Below, in pieces: positions 1 through 14,070 of a stretch of DNA of 64,000 nt. The stretch covers positions 76,255,939 to 76,319,938 of the forward strand of contig NC_057719.1 of the NCBI RefSeq assembly GCF_004010195.1. The letters run 5' to 3'. The notes below the pieces were generated by a model. That model searched no databases. It worked only from the letters and a program-made list of their open reading frames with translations, and was not told where the DNA came from. This DNA comes from Chiloscyllium plagiosum (taxonomy: Eukaryota). Both the position numbers and the translations under genes were made by a program. Each line of letters opens with the position of its first letter. Position 1 is the stretch's first letter.

Positions 1-1470
1 GACGCTCATGCACTATCACTGACAGTCATGCGCCATCACTGACAGTCATGCACCATCACTGACGCTCATGCACTATCACTGACAGTCATGCGCCATCACT
101 GACAGTCATGCACCATCACTGACGCTCATGCACTATCACTGACAGTCATGCGCCATCACTGACAGTCATGCACCATCACTGACGCTCATGCACTATCACT
201 GACAGTCATGCGCCATCACTGACAGTCATGCACCATCACTGACGCTCATGCACTATCACTGACAGTCATGCGCCATCACTGACAGTCATGCACCATCACT
301 GACGCTCATGCACTATCACTGACAGTCATGCGCCATCACTGACAGTCATGCACCATCACTGACGCTCATGCACTATCACTGACAGTCATGCGCCATCACT
401 GACAGTCATGCACCATCACTGACGCTCATGCACTATCACTGACAGTCATGCACCATCACTGACAGTCATGCACCATCACTGATGCTCATGCACCATCACT
501 GACAGTCATGCACCATCACTGACGCTCATGCACCATCACTGACAGTCATGCACCATCACTGACAGTCATGCACCATCACTGACAGTCATGCACCATCACT
601 GACGCTCATGCACCATCACTGACAGTCATGCACCATCACTGATGCTCATGCACCATCACTGACAGTCATGCACCATCACTGACGCTCATGCACCATCACT
701 GACAGTCATGTCCCATCACTGACACTCATGCACCATCACTGATGCTCATGCACCATCATTGACGCTCATGCACCATCACTGACGCTCATGCACCATCACT
801 GATGCTCATGCACCATCACTGACAGTCATGCACCATCACTGATAGTCATGCACCATCACTGACAGTCATGTCCCATCACTGACACTCATGCACCATCACT
901 GATGCTCATGCACCATCACTGACGCTCATGCACCATCACTGACAGTCATGCACCATCACTGACAGTCATGCACCATCACTGACAGTCATGCACCATCACT
1001 GACGCTCATGCACCATCACTGACAGTAATGCACCATCACTGATGCTCATGCACCATCACTGACAGCCATGCACCATCACTGACAGTCATGCACCATCACT
1101 GACAGTCATGCACTATCACTGATACTCATGCACCATCACTGACAGTCATGCAACATCACTGACAATCATGCACCATCACTGACGCTCATGCACCATCACT
1201 GACAGTCATGCACCATTAGTGACGCTCATGCACTATCACTGACAGTCATGCACCATCACTGACAGTCATGCACCATCACTGGAGCTCATGCACCATCACT
1301 GATGCTCATGCACCATCACAGACGCTCATGCACCATCACTGACAGTCATGCACCATCACAGACGCTCATGCACCATCACTGACAGCCATGCACCATCACT
1401 GATGCTCATGCACCATCACTGACAGTCATGCACCATCACTGACAGCCATGCACCATCACTGACAGTCATG
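1..1470. repeat. 20-bp minisatellite (consensus GACAGTCATGCACCATCACT, ~73 units visible, runs off the window start)
   Basis: Directly visible tandem array. Positions 1-420 are seven perfect copies of a 60-bp three-unit higher-order repeat. Confidence 0.98.
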
Positions 1471-3006
1471 CCTTCTGCTGCTGGGTCCTAGAATTCTGAA
1501 ATTCCCTCCCAACATATCTCTAGGACTTTCTTTCTTCCTTTAAGATGCACCCTAAAAGCCTACTTCTTGTTCTGACATTTCCTTACAGAGTTCAATTTTA
1601 AATTTGTTTGAAAATGTTCCTGCAAAGTGTCTTGGGACATTTCATCACATAGAAGTTGTTTTATAAGTGCGCATTGGTCTGTAATCAATATGTGTTCAAA
1701 AACAGAAGTAAATACTTGGAAAGATTCCTATAGATTTTGAACTGAAATCAAGGTTCTGGCATTTCTGTGCAAGTGGTATACCCTCCTTTTTTCACATGTT
1801 TACAGACCCTAACTCTGCATCTTTAACACAGCAGATGGAGATATTTAATTTAATTCCAGGTTTCATTTTTGAATGAACGTTTACACAGTGTCTGCAGTGC
1901 AACAGAAGTCTGTTACAATTCCGAAGGAGAAACCTGAAAGATTAAGTAGACACTTCAGCCCCAAGGTGCTTTCATATTTTTGGACACTCGCTGGAGTTGT
2001 TATTCTTAATAATTAATATAAATACATTAATTACTTTTTATCTACCATGTTCAGGTTTTGATGCTTGCAGTGTCATAATGAATAAGACAGTACCAATAAC
2101 TGTGCTTAGAACAGAAGTCATTCGAATGACTGAACTTGCGTGCTTGACATTAATTTCCATGTACACAACACCAAAATATCACACTAGTGTATATCATCAA
2201 AAAGAAAAAGGATGTCTATGAGTTGTTACAAGTTAGCAAGCACACTGAGAGGCATTACAGTAAGACAAGTTTATCATGTAAATTCCAAATTGAGATTGCA
2301 TCCTTGAAACTACAGTTAGATAGTTACTTGTAAGTTGAAACTTTTTATAAGCATTTTCTTTGCTCCCTTCAACTTTGTGAGCTTAAGGTTGGGGGTGCAA
2401 CTCCGTAGGCAGTCTCTGTTTACACTTGCTCCAAAACCAAACACTAGTGCCTCAGAGATATCAAGAGTGATTCTCTATCATTATGAGGAAGTCACAACAT
2501 TATTTATTACTTGAATTACAATACCCAGTATACATTGCTAAAGCATTTGCCATCTGCATTCCATATAATTTGACAATGTACAGCACAAAAAGGTTAGAAC
2601 ATCTCTTACTGCGAGATTTGAAGTAGCAGAAGTCTCACAAATGTAGTTCCCTGTGCATTAATATCACAAAGTAATGCCGTTGACAGTTTTATTATACCAA
2701 ATGCAACATATGGCACGCAGGAGTAATTAGTGCAAAATAGGTTTACAAGATATGCTGTTACATTCCAACTTAAAAGAAAAAAAAGAACATAAGAAGAGTG
2801 CTATACATAATTCTCCCATCCAATGCAAATGCACATCATCCCATCTGTAAAAGCCAGCTAATGTAGATTCGATTCCTTGTGCTACAGCGATGGAGCTGTT
2901 TAACAACATCTGCGGAGGAGTAAATCCAACAATGATTCCTGGATTTACCGAACAGCCAAACTGACTTTATTTTTAATCGATCAACAGGGTGTTGTTTAAC
3001 ACTTAC

Positions 3007-3045
3007 CATATCGTAAACATTGAGAATCACTGGTTCATTTGCCAT
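3007..3045 (-). CDS. DESI2: First coding exon of a deubiquitinase/deSUMOylase DESI2 (PPPDE1)-like gene; later exons lie outside the window
   Basis: Encodes MANEPVILNVYDM followed by a canonical GTAAGT donor (3006-3001). This matches the remembered DESI2 N-terminus (..VVLNVYDM|YW..) with the intron at the same phase-0 position. Confidence 0.85.
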
Positions 3046-4170
3046 CGCTCGTTACAGAGACCACACAGGTCCAATAATCCTTAAATCAGTTACCGGCCAC
3101 AGTTCACTTTCACTGACCCGGGCTACTGTTGCATCCAGGATCAAACATGCGGGGCAGCTTTGGCTCTACACCGAGATCGGAAATCGGTCCAGTCTCCGAA
3201 AATGCACAGCGACGATGGGCTTCCCTCTACTTGGGGCAACGTGATCGAGAGAGGGTGGCGGCAGCTCATCCATAAGTAGTTCCCCTCTCTCCAAATCCAG
3301 CCTGCAGGCTAGAGAACCATGGAATGCATTTTGAAACAGAAAGGGGGGAGACAGAGAGAGAGAGCGAAAAGAAAATGCATCAGTTGGAAATCATTGCCTC
3401 GGACGCTTCTGACCCGTTGGAGGATGCTGCATGTCCACCGGCCTTCCCCACTCGAGCCTGGGTCGAATTGAAGTGCACGTTAGTTTCGCCCCCTCAGTGG
3501 CAAGAGGCAGCAGCGCTTGGCGCTGTCCAGGGTGCTGATGGAGAGGAGCCAGCTCTCGCCTGGCTGGAGTAGGATGACATCACTTGAAGCTGCTCTCCCA
3601 GCCAGCCAGGCTTTTTCAAAGCCCGTCCCAGCAAATTGAGATGGAGATTGCAGCGATCCGGTTACATCATGAGCGTCTCCATCTCCAAAGAAGAGCCGGG
3701 CACGCTTAAAGCTGGACTGCAACCGCTCGGGGAGATCATTCCTCCCGGACGCGTCAGGCGCCTCCAAAAATAAACGAGAGCACCCTTTTCCGAAAAAGAG
3801 TAAGGACCTCACTCCCCCGGGTTTTCCCAAGGCCCACGTCGACCACGTCCTCAGTAACCGAGCGGGGGGACGCCGCTAAATGGGGAACTCCCTTGCACTG
3901 CGTTTGCAGCCTGGAGTCAGTCGATGGTTGGGGGAGTGGAATCAGCTGGAGAGCTGCGATTTACAAGTGCGCACTTCGAAATGAGAACTTGCCCCGCCGA
4001 GTTCGCCTGGTGGAAAGGGCACCCGCTCCTCGAAAGATGCAGGCACCAGTTGCTAACAGCGGAAGTCGCTTTGAGATTTCCAGCGCACTGGCTCAGCGCA
4101 GCCCGGTGGTTTTCGCAAGCCGCTGCTCCCAAGTTTACTCCAAATGCCACAGCTTTTGCAACGGCTTGGC
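3046..4170 (-). promoter_or_regulatory. CpG-rich 5' leader/promoter region of the DESI2-like gene
   Basis: GC and CpG content are locally elevated against an AT-rich background, directly upstream of the DESI2 ATG. The TSS was not located. Confidence 0.6.
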
Positions 4171-6096
4171 TTTAAATCCAGGCAGTTGGAATTAGATACA
4201 GATAGCATTTCAGCAATCCAAAAATAAACCCTCTCATTGCTAACCTTTCACAGAACCACGAGCACGTGATTTCCTTGTCGTTTCCAATAGAATGGGCAAA
4301 ACCATCAACTCCGGATTGTTTATACAGTAATCCAACTGGTGTACTCTGCTTCAATTAACAAGAAGTCAAAGGGACCCGTAATTTCACAGGTACGGTGTCC
4401 TAATGTGTGATAAAGGTGTTCAGTTATACTTCAACTTCTCAACCTCCCCATTCCAGACTTATGAAATATCATTTTCTTTTAAAAAAAAATCTGATTTTCT
4501 GATAAAAAGTAAAAGCTAACCCTTTAACCCTGAAGTTACTTTTACATTATAGAAAGTTATTTGGTTCGACTGCTGCTGTTGAGATTTTAAAAGTTAAGAT
4601 CAGGTCTTCTTCCCCCAGCCGGACCTTTCAATTCTTAATTCAAGAATTGGAGCCTCACGGATCTTTCTCTGCGTTGCACAGAGTAAACCAGATGGAACTC
4701 TAAAGAAGCCTCACAAGACTTCAATGAAGTATTATTGAACAAACCAACGTTCTCAATGTTAGAGCAATTTTCACTCATGAGATTGTTAATTCCAGTTATC
4801 TGTTTCTGAGAGATCTGCACATGTGTGGAAACATGTGACCAGTTTATGTATGGAAACCATTTGGTTAAGTTCTATAAAGGAACAAAAGTAAAACTTCTAA
4901 GGTACTGTCCTATTCCAGGTGTAAGAATGCCTCCTGATACACCATGGAAGATAGACGTATCAACTTATCAACCTTCAGAGAAAGGAGTACATCTTACAAC
5001 AAACGATCTTCAACACTGCTAGGCAAATTTGTCTATTCTCCATAACTGTTTGTTTGTGGGAAAATAGATAACATTCATCACAAAACTGAAATGAGATACT
5101 GTAAACTAAACTGGTAGGAATTAGATCTATAGCTATACCAGCACTTGAGGTGCAGACACTCTTCTCTTTTGGTCAAAATGAAGATTTATTTGGCTCCTCC
5201 AGTTCAGTCAGAAACCAGCTATAATCTGAATAGTAGAGGGATTTCAGACTTTAATGGAATTATCTACAGGATATAGGTAAGAAATGAAAGTAAGGATAAT
5301 GTACTTGAATTGAAAGGAAGTGACTCATGATATCCCACAAGTGCCTCAAATACTTACTGTGTTCAGTCATGACTTAGATAACACAATAGAAAGCTAAATA
5401 TCCAAGTTTACTAATGATGCATCGATTGGGTTATGGTAAATAGTGTCATGGAGATCATGTGTCCCTTTCTTGACACAGAAGCTCTGGGTTCAAATTTCAC
5501 TTCAAGACTCGATGGTCGAGACGGGTGCGAATGTTGCCACAGAAGTTCCTTTGGGAGGCTAGTTGGCTGATGTAGATCATATTGGAGCCAACAGTATGTG
5601 GCTTGATCTTTGTTTCAGCTGGCATGGCTAAAGGACCTGCCATCTTGCCCTGACCATGGTGAAGATTATGGTATTGTGGGTTGGAACTGCCTTCAGGCAA
5701 GGCACTGAAGAAGTATTGTAGACAGGAGCATGGAATTAAAAAAGTTAAGTTTGTCAATTAATTGAGTGTATGAAACTGTGTCAGATGCATTTCAATGTAG
5801 GTAAGTATCATGTATTCCAGTTCGGACCAAAAGGGTGAGTATATATTCAAGTATAATTTAAACAGTAAAAAGCTGGAAATGTAGAAGTCCAAGGGATTTA
5901 GTGTCCATGTCCATAGAACTCTACATATTAATAGTATAAAAGGAAGCTTTGTTAGGCATTTAAAATGTACTAGTTAGACTACATCTCAAATGTCTTTTTG
6001 ACCAGTGCATATAGTATCTGGCTTTGGTGATTCACCGGATTGCTATCAATCTCCAAGAGCTAATTATGAGGATACGTTTACATAAACTAGGCTTAG

Positions 6097-6452
6097 ATGA
6101 TAGAATAGAATCCCTACAATGTGGAAGCAGGCCATTCAGCACATCGAGCCATCGAGCCCCCACCAACCCTTCAAAGAGCATCCCACCCCCATACCCAATC
6201 CTTGTAATCCTGCATTTCTCATTGCTAATCCATCTAACCTACACATCTGGACACTATAGGTCAATTTAGCATGACCAATCCACCTAACCTGCACATTTTT
6301 GGACTGTGGGAGGAAACTGGAACAGCTGAATACACCCCATGCAGACACAGGGAGAATGTGCAAACTCCACACAGATTGCCATCCAAGGGTGGAAGCAAAC
6401 CCATGTCCCTGGCACTGTGAGGCAGTAGTGTTAACCACTGAGCCACCATATT
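6097..6452 (-). mobile_element. tRNA-derived shark-type SINE (HE1-like)
   Basis: Reverse complement of the element at 41717-42036, with TGGCTCAGTGG A-box head and CR1-like 3' tail. Confidence 0.85.
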
Positions 6453-6578
6453 CCCAAACATCGAAGACTTGATTTGATCAAGACTTTCACAATTTTGAAA
6501 GGAATTTAGGGGGATAAAGAAAGAGTTTCCCACTAATGGAAGACTCTGGTAAAAGGAACAAAGCTTTAAACTCAGAAA

Positions 6579-6922
6579 AGGGGCATGGATAGGATAAATA
6601 GGCAAAGTCTTTTCCTTATGGTCAGGGAGTCCAGAATTAGAGGGCATTGGTTTATGGTGAGAGGGGAAAGATATAAAAGAGACCTACGGGGCAACTTTTT
6701 CACACAGAGAGTGATACGTGTATGGAATGAGTTACCAGAGGAAGTGGTGGAGGCTGGTCCAATTATAACATTTAAAATGGATGGGTATATGAATAGGAAG
6801 GGTTTGGAGGGATATGGGCCGGGTGCTGGCAGGTGGGACTAGATTGCGTTGGGATATCTGGTCGGCATGGACGGGTTGGACCAAAGGGTCTGTTTCCATG
6901 CTGTACATCTCTATGACTCTAT
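6579..6922 (+). mobile_element. CR1 LINE 3' end fragment
   Basis: ORF 6585-6842 (..RGNFFTQRVIRVWNELPEEVVEAG..) is a CR1 ORF2 C-terminus, and the fragment ends in a CTCTATGACTCTAT tail. Confidence 0.85.
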
Positions 6923-8339
6923 AAAATCGGAGCCAAGTCATTGAATGACATAAATTAAGAAACAATTATTCATGTGATGAGTAGTTGAAGTGTGGAACTT
7001 TCTCCCATGAAAAGCTGTTGATGCTAACATTAATTTTAAATCTACGATCATTAGATTTTTGCTGATGAAGCTATTAAAGACGAATGAGTCAATGTGTGTC
7101 GATGGTGTCTATAAATGGGGATCCATCAAGAGCTCACTGAATCTGTTGCACTGGCTGTATGTCCTACTCCGATCCCTATGAAGGCCGTAAGGTATGAGAG
7201 TGGTGTAAAATGCAGAAGTCAATACAAGAACAGAATATAAGGACAAAAAAGGCCCAAAAGGAAGCACTGTTTTAAGAAAGGAATGATAGATAAATAAATT
7301 ATTAATTGACTTATAAACAGTGATTAGAGCAGAAAATCAAAGAGCAGCCAACAAAATATTACCTTTTTTTTACTTGAATACTGAATTGAAAGCAGACTAT
7401 TAATGAGGAGTAAATTCAGATTACAACTAGCTTATTTGACATCAAAAAATCATGCATGGACAGGTATACAATTTATACAGTGAGAATAGACCATTTCCAA
7501 TACTGATTGGTATTTTTAAAAAAACTATAAAGGGGCAATTTACTAACGCATTACATGTAGGTTTGCTATTTTGGCAAAAGTATTTATAGCTAGCTTGTTC
7601 AGCCTTCTTGGTATAATCGGTGAAAGTAAAATTCTTATTCATATACAGAGCAAAAAGGATAGTGACAAACATTCATAAAGAGTAAGTGTGAATCAGGTAA
7701 AATGAGGAGAGGAAAGAAAAAAAGACAAGAATCTAAGTTCAGCCGCAGTTGTGAAATGGAATGAAACAGTGTCTGGTCACTCAGGTCTGCCAAAGTCAGC
7801 CTCTCACAATGGCCTGAACAACCTGAGATTACAAAATACAAGAGTATCTAATTAACAAGCTAATTCACTGTGGTACCCAGTTTGCTGCTTTTAAAGCTGG
7901 TGATTGGTGAAGAAATATTTCACTGAACATTGCAGGCATATTATAAGATTTAAAATTCTGTTCAGGTAATATGGAATAAAGTCAATTTTTACACAGGGTG
8001 CCAGCTGGGAAAACAACCAACATGCAAACGGGAAGCCAAATGTATGAAAGTACCACCTCAGGGATGTCATCTGCCACTGAAACCTTGACCCATGTCTTTA
8101 TTACCCTTGACTATTCCAATTGCAGCCATTTCTCCCAATACATTTAGATAAGGACAGGGTGGTTACAGCACATACAAATTATGTGCCAGTCCCTTAGAGC
8201 AGTGTGGTCTTCAATCATGAATTCATTTCCATTCATCTCTATTTGAGCCAGGAATATAGTTGTCACAACTATAGTATAGATTGTAAAGGGTATGTTATGT
8301 GGAACAAACTTAGTGGAAACGTTTTGAGACCTTGTTGAT

Positions 8340-8730
8340 CAGGAGTGTTTAGTGTCGCCTACTGGTTCTGAATTCACATCTGAATGAGAATATTGTGGGT
8401 TCAAGTTCAACTTTAGAGGCTTGAGCACAAAAATCAAGACGGACCTTACAGTGTGATACAGCGGAAGGAGGTGCTGACTATTGGATGAAGCATCTGCCCT
8501 CACAGGAGTCAGTAAAATATCTCATGACTCTAATCCACAGAAAGGCAAGAGACCCCTCCCCAGTCAACATCACAAAATCAATTCAGGTGGTTAGTTCAAT
8601 TTATGCCTGCTCTATATAAATTGATTACTGTAATTCCTACATAAAACATTGATTACACTGTGAAAGTAGTGAAGTTGGTTGTAAAATACTTTGGGACATT
8701 TTAGTTACGATATAAATATCTTCTTTCCAA
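8340..8730 (+). mobile_element. Old Deu-domain-type SINE with L2-like tail (degenerate)
   Basis: GGGTTCAAGT B-box-like head and a TGTAAAATACTTTGGGACAT..TATAAAT tail. Related copy on the minus strand at ~52640-53020. Confidence 0.5.
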
Positions 8731-9597
8731 GATGTTGCTTATTCCAGGAGGCATGAGGTTTCACATGAAAGGAAAAGGTTACCAACAATGAGGGGATATA
8801 GAAATTGAAGCAACTAACCAGTTTAGATAACATATTATTTCGGAGATAGGAGACAGAAAGTAGGGATAACGGGTATGTATCCGAATTAGCAAGTGATCAC
8901 CAAGTTCACAATAGAGTCACAACGTTTCAACTTGAATGCAAGAATAGAAAGCGATATATCAAAGTTTGCAGATAATTCTAAGTCAGGTGCTGCAGTAAAA
9001 CCATTGCAGAGGGCCAAAAACAGAGTAAATGTGTAAAGGTTTGTCAGATGGTGTTCAATGTGGAGAAATAGGAGGCCATCCACTTTGAACAAAAGAAAGA
9101 TAGATCTGTATATTTTCTAATCACAAGAAATATAAGCACATTGATAGAGAGACAGAGGCATCCAAGCCCAGACATTGTTAAAAGCTAATGGGCACATTCA
9201 AAAATGTTGATATTTGATGTGTTTACTTTGATAAAACTGGAATACAAGTCAAGTTACAGCGATAGCTCTGTTTAAACATCAGGACACTGTTTAGGTACCA
9301 TATCCAGAAAGGACATTCTGCTTTGTGGGCAAGTGAAACACAAAGTGAATGATACTGGTGTTAAAAGTGTTAAATTAGGATGACAAATTACATAGATTAG
9401 GCGTAAATTCCCTTGAACATAAAAGATTAAGAAACGATCTAATTGCAGTATGTAAGATAATTAAAGGATTTGATGGGGTAGGCAGAGAGAAACTGTGAGA
9501 GTCCACAAGGGGCATTAACTTTAAATTGGAGCAAGGCCCTTCAGGAGTAATAGCAGAAAGTGCTTTTTTACACAAACAGTAGTGGACATCGAGCAGT

Positions 9598-9996
9598 CTC
9601 CCTGGAGAATCAGAGGCTGAGGGGTGACCTTATGAAGGTTTACAAAATCATGAGGGGCATAGATAGCGTGAATAGCCAAGGTCTATTTCCTAGGGCAAGG
9701 GAGTCCAAAAATAGAGGGCATAGATTTAAGGTGAGAGGGGGAAAGACTTAAAAAGAACCCAAGGGTAACTTTTTCACACAGAGGGTGGTGTGTGTATGGA
9801 ATGAGCTGCCAGAGGAAGTGGAGGAGGCTGGTACAGTTACAGCATTTAAAAGGCATCTGGATGAGTATATGAATAGGAAGGGTTTGGATGGACTTGGGCC
9901 AAGTGCTGGCAAATGGGACCAGGTCAGATTGGGATGTCTGCTTGACATGGACTAGTTGGACCGAAGGGTCTGTTTATGCTGTATGACTTTATGATT
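9598..9996 (+). mobile_element. CR1 LINE 3' end, nested in an older CR1 remnant
   Basis: SLENQRLRGDLMKVYKIMRG..RGHRFKV motif plus a 3' UTR like 6579-6922. Confidence 0.85.
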
Positions 9997-10983
9997 CAGT
10001 AAAAAGCTGTCAAAATCGAGAGTTAATTGAACATTTGGAGGATGTAAATTATATATTTTTTTAGGCTATGGAACAAAGTCTGGTGAATGAAGTTAAGAAA
10101 CAGATTGACCTTTGAATAATTTAAAAGCAAACAGGATTGAAAGGAAATTTCCTTTAGGATTATATAATGATACAACATTGAAAGAAGCTATTCAACCCAT
10201 TGATTTGAAATGCCAACTTTTTAAAAGAGATGTTAATTAGTCTTGATCCTGTGCTCTTTCTCCATAGCTCAGCAATTATTTTCTATTTTCGATATTTATC
10301 CTATTCAACATTGAAAGGTATTATGAAGTTTGAATCCATTATCCTTTGAGACAGTGAATTCCAGGTCACAGCACCTTACAGCTAAAAAAAAGCCCCTCAA
10401 TTCACCTTTGACGGGTATAGTGAAAGAAACTTTGAAGATTAATGGATGATTAGAAAAAGTTTGTAATGTAATAAATAGGACAGAAAGGGGATATAAACAG
10501 GAAATATAGATAGGGAAATATGTAGACTTGTGATAGATGCAGTTGAATTTGGAGAAGTGTGAAGTGATATATTTCAGCAGAGACAACATGAAGAAGCAGT
10601 ATAATCCAAATGGCACAATGATGAATGAAGGTGCAAGACTGTAGAGGAATCTGGAGTTCACATTCACCAACACCTGAAGTTGGTTAGGGATATTAAAAAG
10701 GCAATAGAAAGTGTTGGCAATAGAAAAGGTGCGGTAAGATTCAACAAAATGATTCCGGGGTGAAGAGCTTTACTTATGAAGAAAATTTGAGAAGTTAGGA
10801 CTGTTGTCCTTCATAAAGAGAAGCAGAATGAAATTTGATAAAGATATTCAAGTGGAAAGAGTTGGTAGGGAGAAACTTGTGATAGGATCAAAGATGAGAA
10901 GGCACACATTGACAGTAATTGGTAAAATAAGAAAACATACAAGGGAAATATTTTTCAGGCAATGGTCTGGAATGTATTGCATA

Positions 10984-11076
10984 ATTGATGAAGGGCTGGC
11001 ACCTGAAACATCGACTTTCCTGCTCCTCGGATGCTGCCTGAGATGCTGTGCTTTTCCAGCACCACATTTTTTGACT
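10984..11076 (+). mobile_element. Short Penelope-like terminal fragment with degenerate hammerhead motif
   Basis: TTGATGAAGGGCTGGCACCTGAAACATCGAC..GATGCTGCCTG..TTCCAGCACCACA is homologous to the ends of the PLEs at 17961 and 29626. Confidence 0.75.
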
Positions 11077-11627
11077 ACGACTGCATGACAGTATGGTGGA
11101 GCCAAATTCAATGAAGCATTCAAAACAAAGTTAAACTGCTATTTAGGACGGCGAAGGTGCCAGGTTGGGAGGAGAAGGTGAAAGAACTGCATTTAATGAA
11201 ATTCTCATACAGAGAGCCAATGCAGACACAATGGGCTATAACAAAATTTAGTGATTATGTGTATGGGACACTTGAGTTTATTAATCTGGCTATTGAGCAT
11301 ACAAACAAGGAAGCAATACTAAACCTTTACAACTTATTATTTGCGCATCAGTTGGAGTACTCAGAAAGAATGTTAAGGTCCTGAAGATTTACCAAGATTT
11401 ACCAAGAGGATACCAAGAATGAAGAAGTGCAGTTATGTGGAAAAGCATGAGTTTTACTCTTTACAGCAGAGGAGGTGAAGACCCCATAGTTATGAAGAAT
11501 TTTGATAAAGCACATAGGGAGACATTTTTTTTGTTGACTTGTTGGCAAGATATTATGGATTTAAAATAATAGGAAAAATTACCTGAGGGGAAATATGAAG
11601 GAATTTCTTCATGTACAAAGTTGCAGA

Positions 11628-11940
11628 GGGTGGCATGGTGGCTCAGTGGTTAGCACTGCAGCCTCACAGCACCAGGGATCTGGGTTTGATTCCCACCTTG
11701 GTTGACTGTCTGTGTGGAGTTTACACATTCTCCCTGTGTTTGCGTGGGTTTCCTTTGGGTGTTCTGGTTTCCTCCCACAATCCAAAGATTTGCAGGTCAG
11801 GTGAATTGGCCATGCTAAATTGCCCATAGTATTAGGTGCATTAGTAAATGTAGGGTAGGGGAATGGGTCTGGGTGGGTTACTCTTTGTAGGGTCGGTGTG
11901 GACTTGTTGGGCTGAAGGGCCTGTAGGTAATCTAATCCAC
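11628..11940 (+). mobile_element. tRNA-derived SINE (HE1-like)
   Basis: GGCATGGTGGCTCAGTGGTTAGCACTG head and TAATCTAATC tail. Confidence 0.85.
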
Positions 11941-13765
11941 CTGAGACACACAATTTGTTATTGCAGAATCAGATTCCACAGTAACATTCAAAAGGATATT
12001 AGTTACTGATTTGAAAATAACAAATTTGCAGAGTTAGGGAAACTGGGGAATGGCAATAATTGGATAGATCTTTCAAAGAGCCAATACCAGGCACGATGGA
12101 ACTTCTCTTTGCTATAGACACTATTATTTTATGATCCCATCTGCTTTTTATGAAACAGTCTTTAAATTATAACTTTCTCCCTTCAAAGACTTGATATATA
12201 TACCTCCATGTGTATCTCTTCCTAAATCTATTTTAAAATCGTAACATATAGTTTGCCCCTTCTCATGCTTCCAACCAAAATGAACCCATCCCACTTATGC
12301 ATCATCTTTCATCTGCCATGCATTTGTCCATTTCACTAGTTTATTCATTCTGTCTTGATGTCTGCTAATATTCTGCTCACTACTTAGTATCTTTCCAAAC
12401 TTCAAGCCGTCTGCAAACTTTGTAATTATGCCCTGTTTACCCAAATTGGTTTCATTAATGTATATTATACTTACATTTACATATATAGGGGCAGTAGTCC
12501 TAACACAGAGGCCTGAGGAATACTATTCCTCATTTCATGTTATATGGAATACCTATCAATAATTCATACAACATATGCCCTATCAATTAATCAAAAGCAT
12601 TTACTGATTTTACAAGGTGACTAGAGCGTAACTGAGTTTCACCCAATGTTCTGCCTGAGTGTGGCCACTCAATAGTTCCACACACAAGCTTCAACACATC
12701 TGCAATTATGCAAAAAAAGTTTAAAGGCGCTTAAATCAATTACTGTTGGATCACACAAAAAAAATGAGAGAACATTGGTTTGACCTGATTTATATTTAAA
12801 GAAAAATGGTATTGGCTCCTTAAGACTGAAAGTGTGTCCAAGGAAAAATCCAATCTCCTAGGGATGATTGGCTTTCACTCTCTTTGTAAAGCTCTGTAAC
12901 ACTAAAATATGTATCAATTATATGAACTATAAACTTTCTAGTGTCACATGACCCCACATTTATCTTAAGTAGAAATCAATAGTGCTCACCAAAATCATTT
13001 ATCACTGCAAAATACTAGATTTAATTCCATTCAGTTTATGAGACAGACCTTGAAAATTGGCTAAACTCAATTTATAGTCGTAGCTGTTCACTTCCATTCT
13101 GTCCTACACATCACAGAACGCGAAACATACTCTATTTGTCACAAATTTTTGAGGTGAAGAAAATCAGTTAGTGAGCAAAAGTGGTAATTTTGCAGATGTA
13201 TTTCATATATTTGTAATTAAAGAAATAAGAGACGAGTTTTCCTTGTGATTCAGTTTTACTGATTGAGATGGGAATGTGACAGTATAGGTAATAGCTAACT
13301 CCATCAATGAAGGGTATAAAGTTTTCATGGATTTATCTGTAAATAATATTTTTAAAAACTTAACGACAAAACCTGATAAATAAACTTATTAAAAAAATCT
13401 AATTACCACACCTTGAATTTCAATGGCGTTACCGTCACGAAACTCCCCCAGTATCAACAACATGGGTGTGACCATTGACCATAAACTGAACTTGTCTAGC
13501 CATATAAACACAGTGGTTATAGTGGCAGATTGGAGATTAGGAATTCTGCAGTGAGTAACTCACTGTCTATTTCCCCAAAGCCTGTCAACTATCTAGAAAG
13601 CACAGGTCAAGGGCAATGGCTGGGTGCATGCTGATTGGTGTGCTGATGTGGATCACAGGATTCACTTCTGGTTTAGAAAGACACTACCACAAATTAACCT
13701 TGGAGGTCCATGCAGAAGAGAAATATTTAGAAAGATTGTTGGTCAACAATGTGAATACGTTTAAG

Positions 13766-14070
13766 GGTGAAATGGTGGCTCAGTCATTAGCACTACTACC
13801 TCACAGCGCCAGGGACCTGGGTTCAATTCCACCCTCAGGCAGCTGTCTGTGTGGAGTTTGTACATTCTCCCTCTGTCTGTTTGGGTTTCCACTGGGTTCC
13901 TCCCACAGTCCAAACGCGTGCAGGTTAGGCGGACTAGTCATAAGAAATGCAAGGTTACAGGACAGGGTAGGGGGAGTGGGTCCGGGTGAGATGCTCTTTG
14001 GAGGGTTGGAGTGGACTCGATGGGCCAAATAGCCTGCTTTCACACACTGCAGGGATTCTATGATTCTATG
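13766..14070 (+). mobile_element. tRNA-derived SINE (HE1-like)
   Basis: A box (TGGCTCAGTC), B box (GGTTCAATTCC) and GATTCTATGATTCTATG tail. Confidence 0.85.

Noticed and set aside
1..1470. CRISPR array or repetitive coding sequence
   Set aside because: The units are contiguous with no unique spacers, stops recur on both strands, and the context is vertebrate.
2836..3006. Extension of the 69-aa ORF beyond MANEPVILNVYDM
   Set aside because: It is read-through into the intron past a canonical GTAAGT donor, and DESI2 similarity stops there.
3324..4195. Several 77-116-aa ORFs on both strands
   Set aside because: They have no recognisable domain and are an expected by-product of GC-rich promoter sequence.
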